Below, in pieces: positions 62,038 to 64,000 of a stretch of 64,000 bases of DNA. Position 1 is the first letter of the stretch. Each line of letters opens with the position of its first letter. Source of the DNA: Hormiphora californensis (lineage: Eukaryota > Animalia > Ctenophora); the NCBI GenBank assembly GCA_020137815.1, contig CM035358.1:3410001-3474000 (forward strand). Direction: 5' to 3'. The notes under the pieces were generated by a model. That model did no database searches and was not told the origin of the DNA. It saw nothing but the letters and a program-made list of their open reading frames with translations. Made by a program: the position numbers and the translations under genes.

Positions 62038-62188
62038 ATCAATACAGGGATCACCCCCTCAACATGCCACAGAATAAGTAGAGTATTTGGGGAGTATTTT
62101 CTGTTGGTTAGTACTTGAAGCACCATATTAATTTCATCTTGCTACCTCCACACAACAGATTGCCTAACCTTGACTTTATCAAATTAAG

Positions 62189-62880
62189 ATGTTGATCATA
62201 TTCCTGGCTTCCTTGGCAACCCTTGGGGATGCACACGAGTTCCAGAATGTACAAGTGGATCTCACTAACCCTACGGCATGGACTGCAGCGAATAAATCCT
62301 TCAAAGCAATTGATGGTGATTTAGATACAAAGTATTTGTCAGACAACTCAGCTGATGATCACTTCCAGATGCTAAAATTCGACCTGGATCCACCCAGTTT
62401 CGTTGAATCTGTCACTTTGATTTTAGGGTAAATCGAGACTTTTATTTTAAAGTTGATTCTGACTTGTTGCCGTGTTGCTGTCAACAGTGTCCCAACTGTA
62501 GCTACATTATCATTAGGAGTGGTAGTTGTGAGTGAGTTAAACCACTTGTTTTTGTGCAAAGTTATGATACCGTATACCCATTACCCAATGCTTCAATTAA
62601 TTCATTAAAATACTAAAATCATGTTTCAGAGGGGGTACTCGGAAAAATGGGACGATGGTCTCCATCATGAACGAGCACAGCTTTACAACTTTGTGTGGCA
62701 CGGTGGTGGACATTTCGGATACCAAATCATTCATAATTACATGCCCTAATAATATCACTGCAACCCAATTGATTCTCTTGGATGAGACTGCAGCAGAGAT
62801 AGATTTGGAATCGGGGAAGAATGTGGTGATGAATGTGATAGAAGTGACTGTTCAAGGACTTGCACTAATTCTAATACCAG
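62189..62880 (+). CDS. Secreted galactose-binding/discoidin(F5/8C)-like domain protein, 3' end uncertain
   Basis: Signal peptide MLIIFLASLATLGDA, KAIDGDLDT motif, LKFDL; exon 1 (to ~62427) splices in frame to exon 2 (62630-62880: TLCGTV..ITCP..MNVIEVTVQG). Confidence 0.6.
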
Positions 62881-64000
62881 GTACACATTCCAGTACATAT
62901 AATTAGATGAAAATTTCGTTTATCACCCTTATCCTGGTAATGCGCCTCGTAAACTTTTAGCCACTCCAATCTCTATCTTCCTCTCACTCTCTTAGTTTTG
63001 CAATAACTAAGATATTTAGAAAAGGAGCAAATACAACATATTATGTATTATATTAGTACTCCTAGGCATTTGAGTCAAATGCAGGAATTATTAGATAACC
63101 ATGCGAGACCTTCACTAAAAGTATGCTAGGTCTCTAGAATCACCAAAAAAAAGTTTACCACTTAAACTTCCCCAGAACATCTCTTAATTTGGCGTTAATT
63201 GGGTCTAATTGGCTAATAATGAATTCAAAATTCAAAATCGTTGTAGACGGTCGTGGTTGGTCGCAATCGTTCAGAAATATTATTCTTATCACCTTTAAAA
63301 CATATTAGTGACTCAGCTCTGCCAAATTGGTGCGTAATTGGCCCTAATTGGGCCTAATTGGCTATAAGTTAAGCTTTTTTATGTTAGAACAAGAATGTCA
63401 ATTTTCGCCCTGACTGAGGAAACAATTTGGAACATCAAAATTCATTCACCAACGTGTCCCTAAGGGTCTTCTGGAACACCTCTGAGCTTTGTTACTTGCG
63501 GGTTGAGGGGCAACATGGTCACTTCAGGCAGAGCCTAATATTGGAAATAATTTTAGAATTGGAGTAGAGATTAAAATCAGGATATTAAAGTATGTAGCGT
63601 CCTCGCGGGGGGGGGGGGGGATCCCATGGTATACTTTGGTATACTTTGGTATACTTTGGTATATGGAAAATCCCAAAAAATTATGTGGAAAGTACCAAAG
63701 TATACCAAAGTATACCATATCTTTTTAATAGCTTTACGTACTTTAAAGTGTTAATTTACAACAGGTAAGGCTTTAAAACATTTTATATAAACTTTCTTAA
63801 CTCATAAAATTGGACAATGGTGCTAAATAGGCTAAATTCATAGAATCGAGGGAAAATATTACCTATAAAATGGTGAGTCAGAAAACTGGGGTTTGACAAA
63901 TTGGGACCCATTTGAGTATGATAAAAAAACTTTTAAAAAGTCAAGAAAATGTTCAAATAGTATTTGGTAAAGTCTCCAAAAATTTTTCAAAAATTGCCTT

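Larger units (their letters stand above)
60294..62065. mobile_element. Palindromic element hosting two nested insertions
   Basis: Arms atgttgagggggtgatccctgtattgatctcacgtgg..aaacagacg; the right arm is restored by removing 60479-61488 and 61570-62037. Confidence 0.8.

Overview
Gene-dense eukaryotic (animal) genomic DNA with short GT-AG introns, CTAAC branch points, long (AG)n/(TG)n microsatellites and many palindromic non-autonomous DNA transposons. It is most likely a ctenophore, inferred from a spliced-leader-like 43-mer, nested intronic genes and splice acceptors directly before start codons. Minus-strand genes: a KH-like protein, HDAC3, PIP4P/TMEM55, SMYD5, a 4CL/luciferase-family acyl-CoA ligase, enoyl-CoA hydratase, two unknown genes, PRPF38B and a secreted protein. 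Plus-strand genes: a KLF/Sp gene inside an HDAC3 intron, a divergent actin inside another gene's intron, and a secreted discoidin-like gene. Main discovery at 37141-48288: an intronless F-box/LRR gene reassembles into an uninterrupted 467-codon ORF once three insertions are removed (two CR1/L2-group LINEs and a 2.7-kb foldback). The full-length LINE has no 5' UTR of its own and begins with what appears to be the host spliced-leader exon fused 2 nt before the ORF1 ATG, i.e. a retrotransposon copied from SL-trans-spliced RNA. Other recurring patterns: tandem arrays built from splice junctions in five genes, operon-like gene pairs, and a 109-bp MITE carrying CCAAT/E-box motifs.
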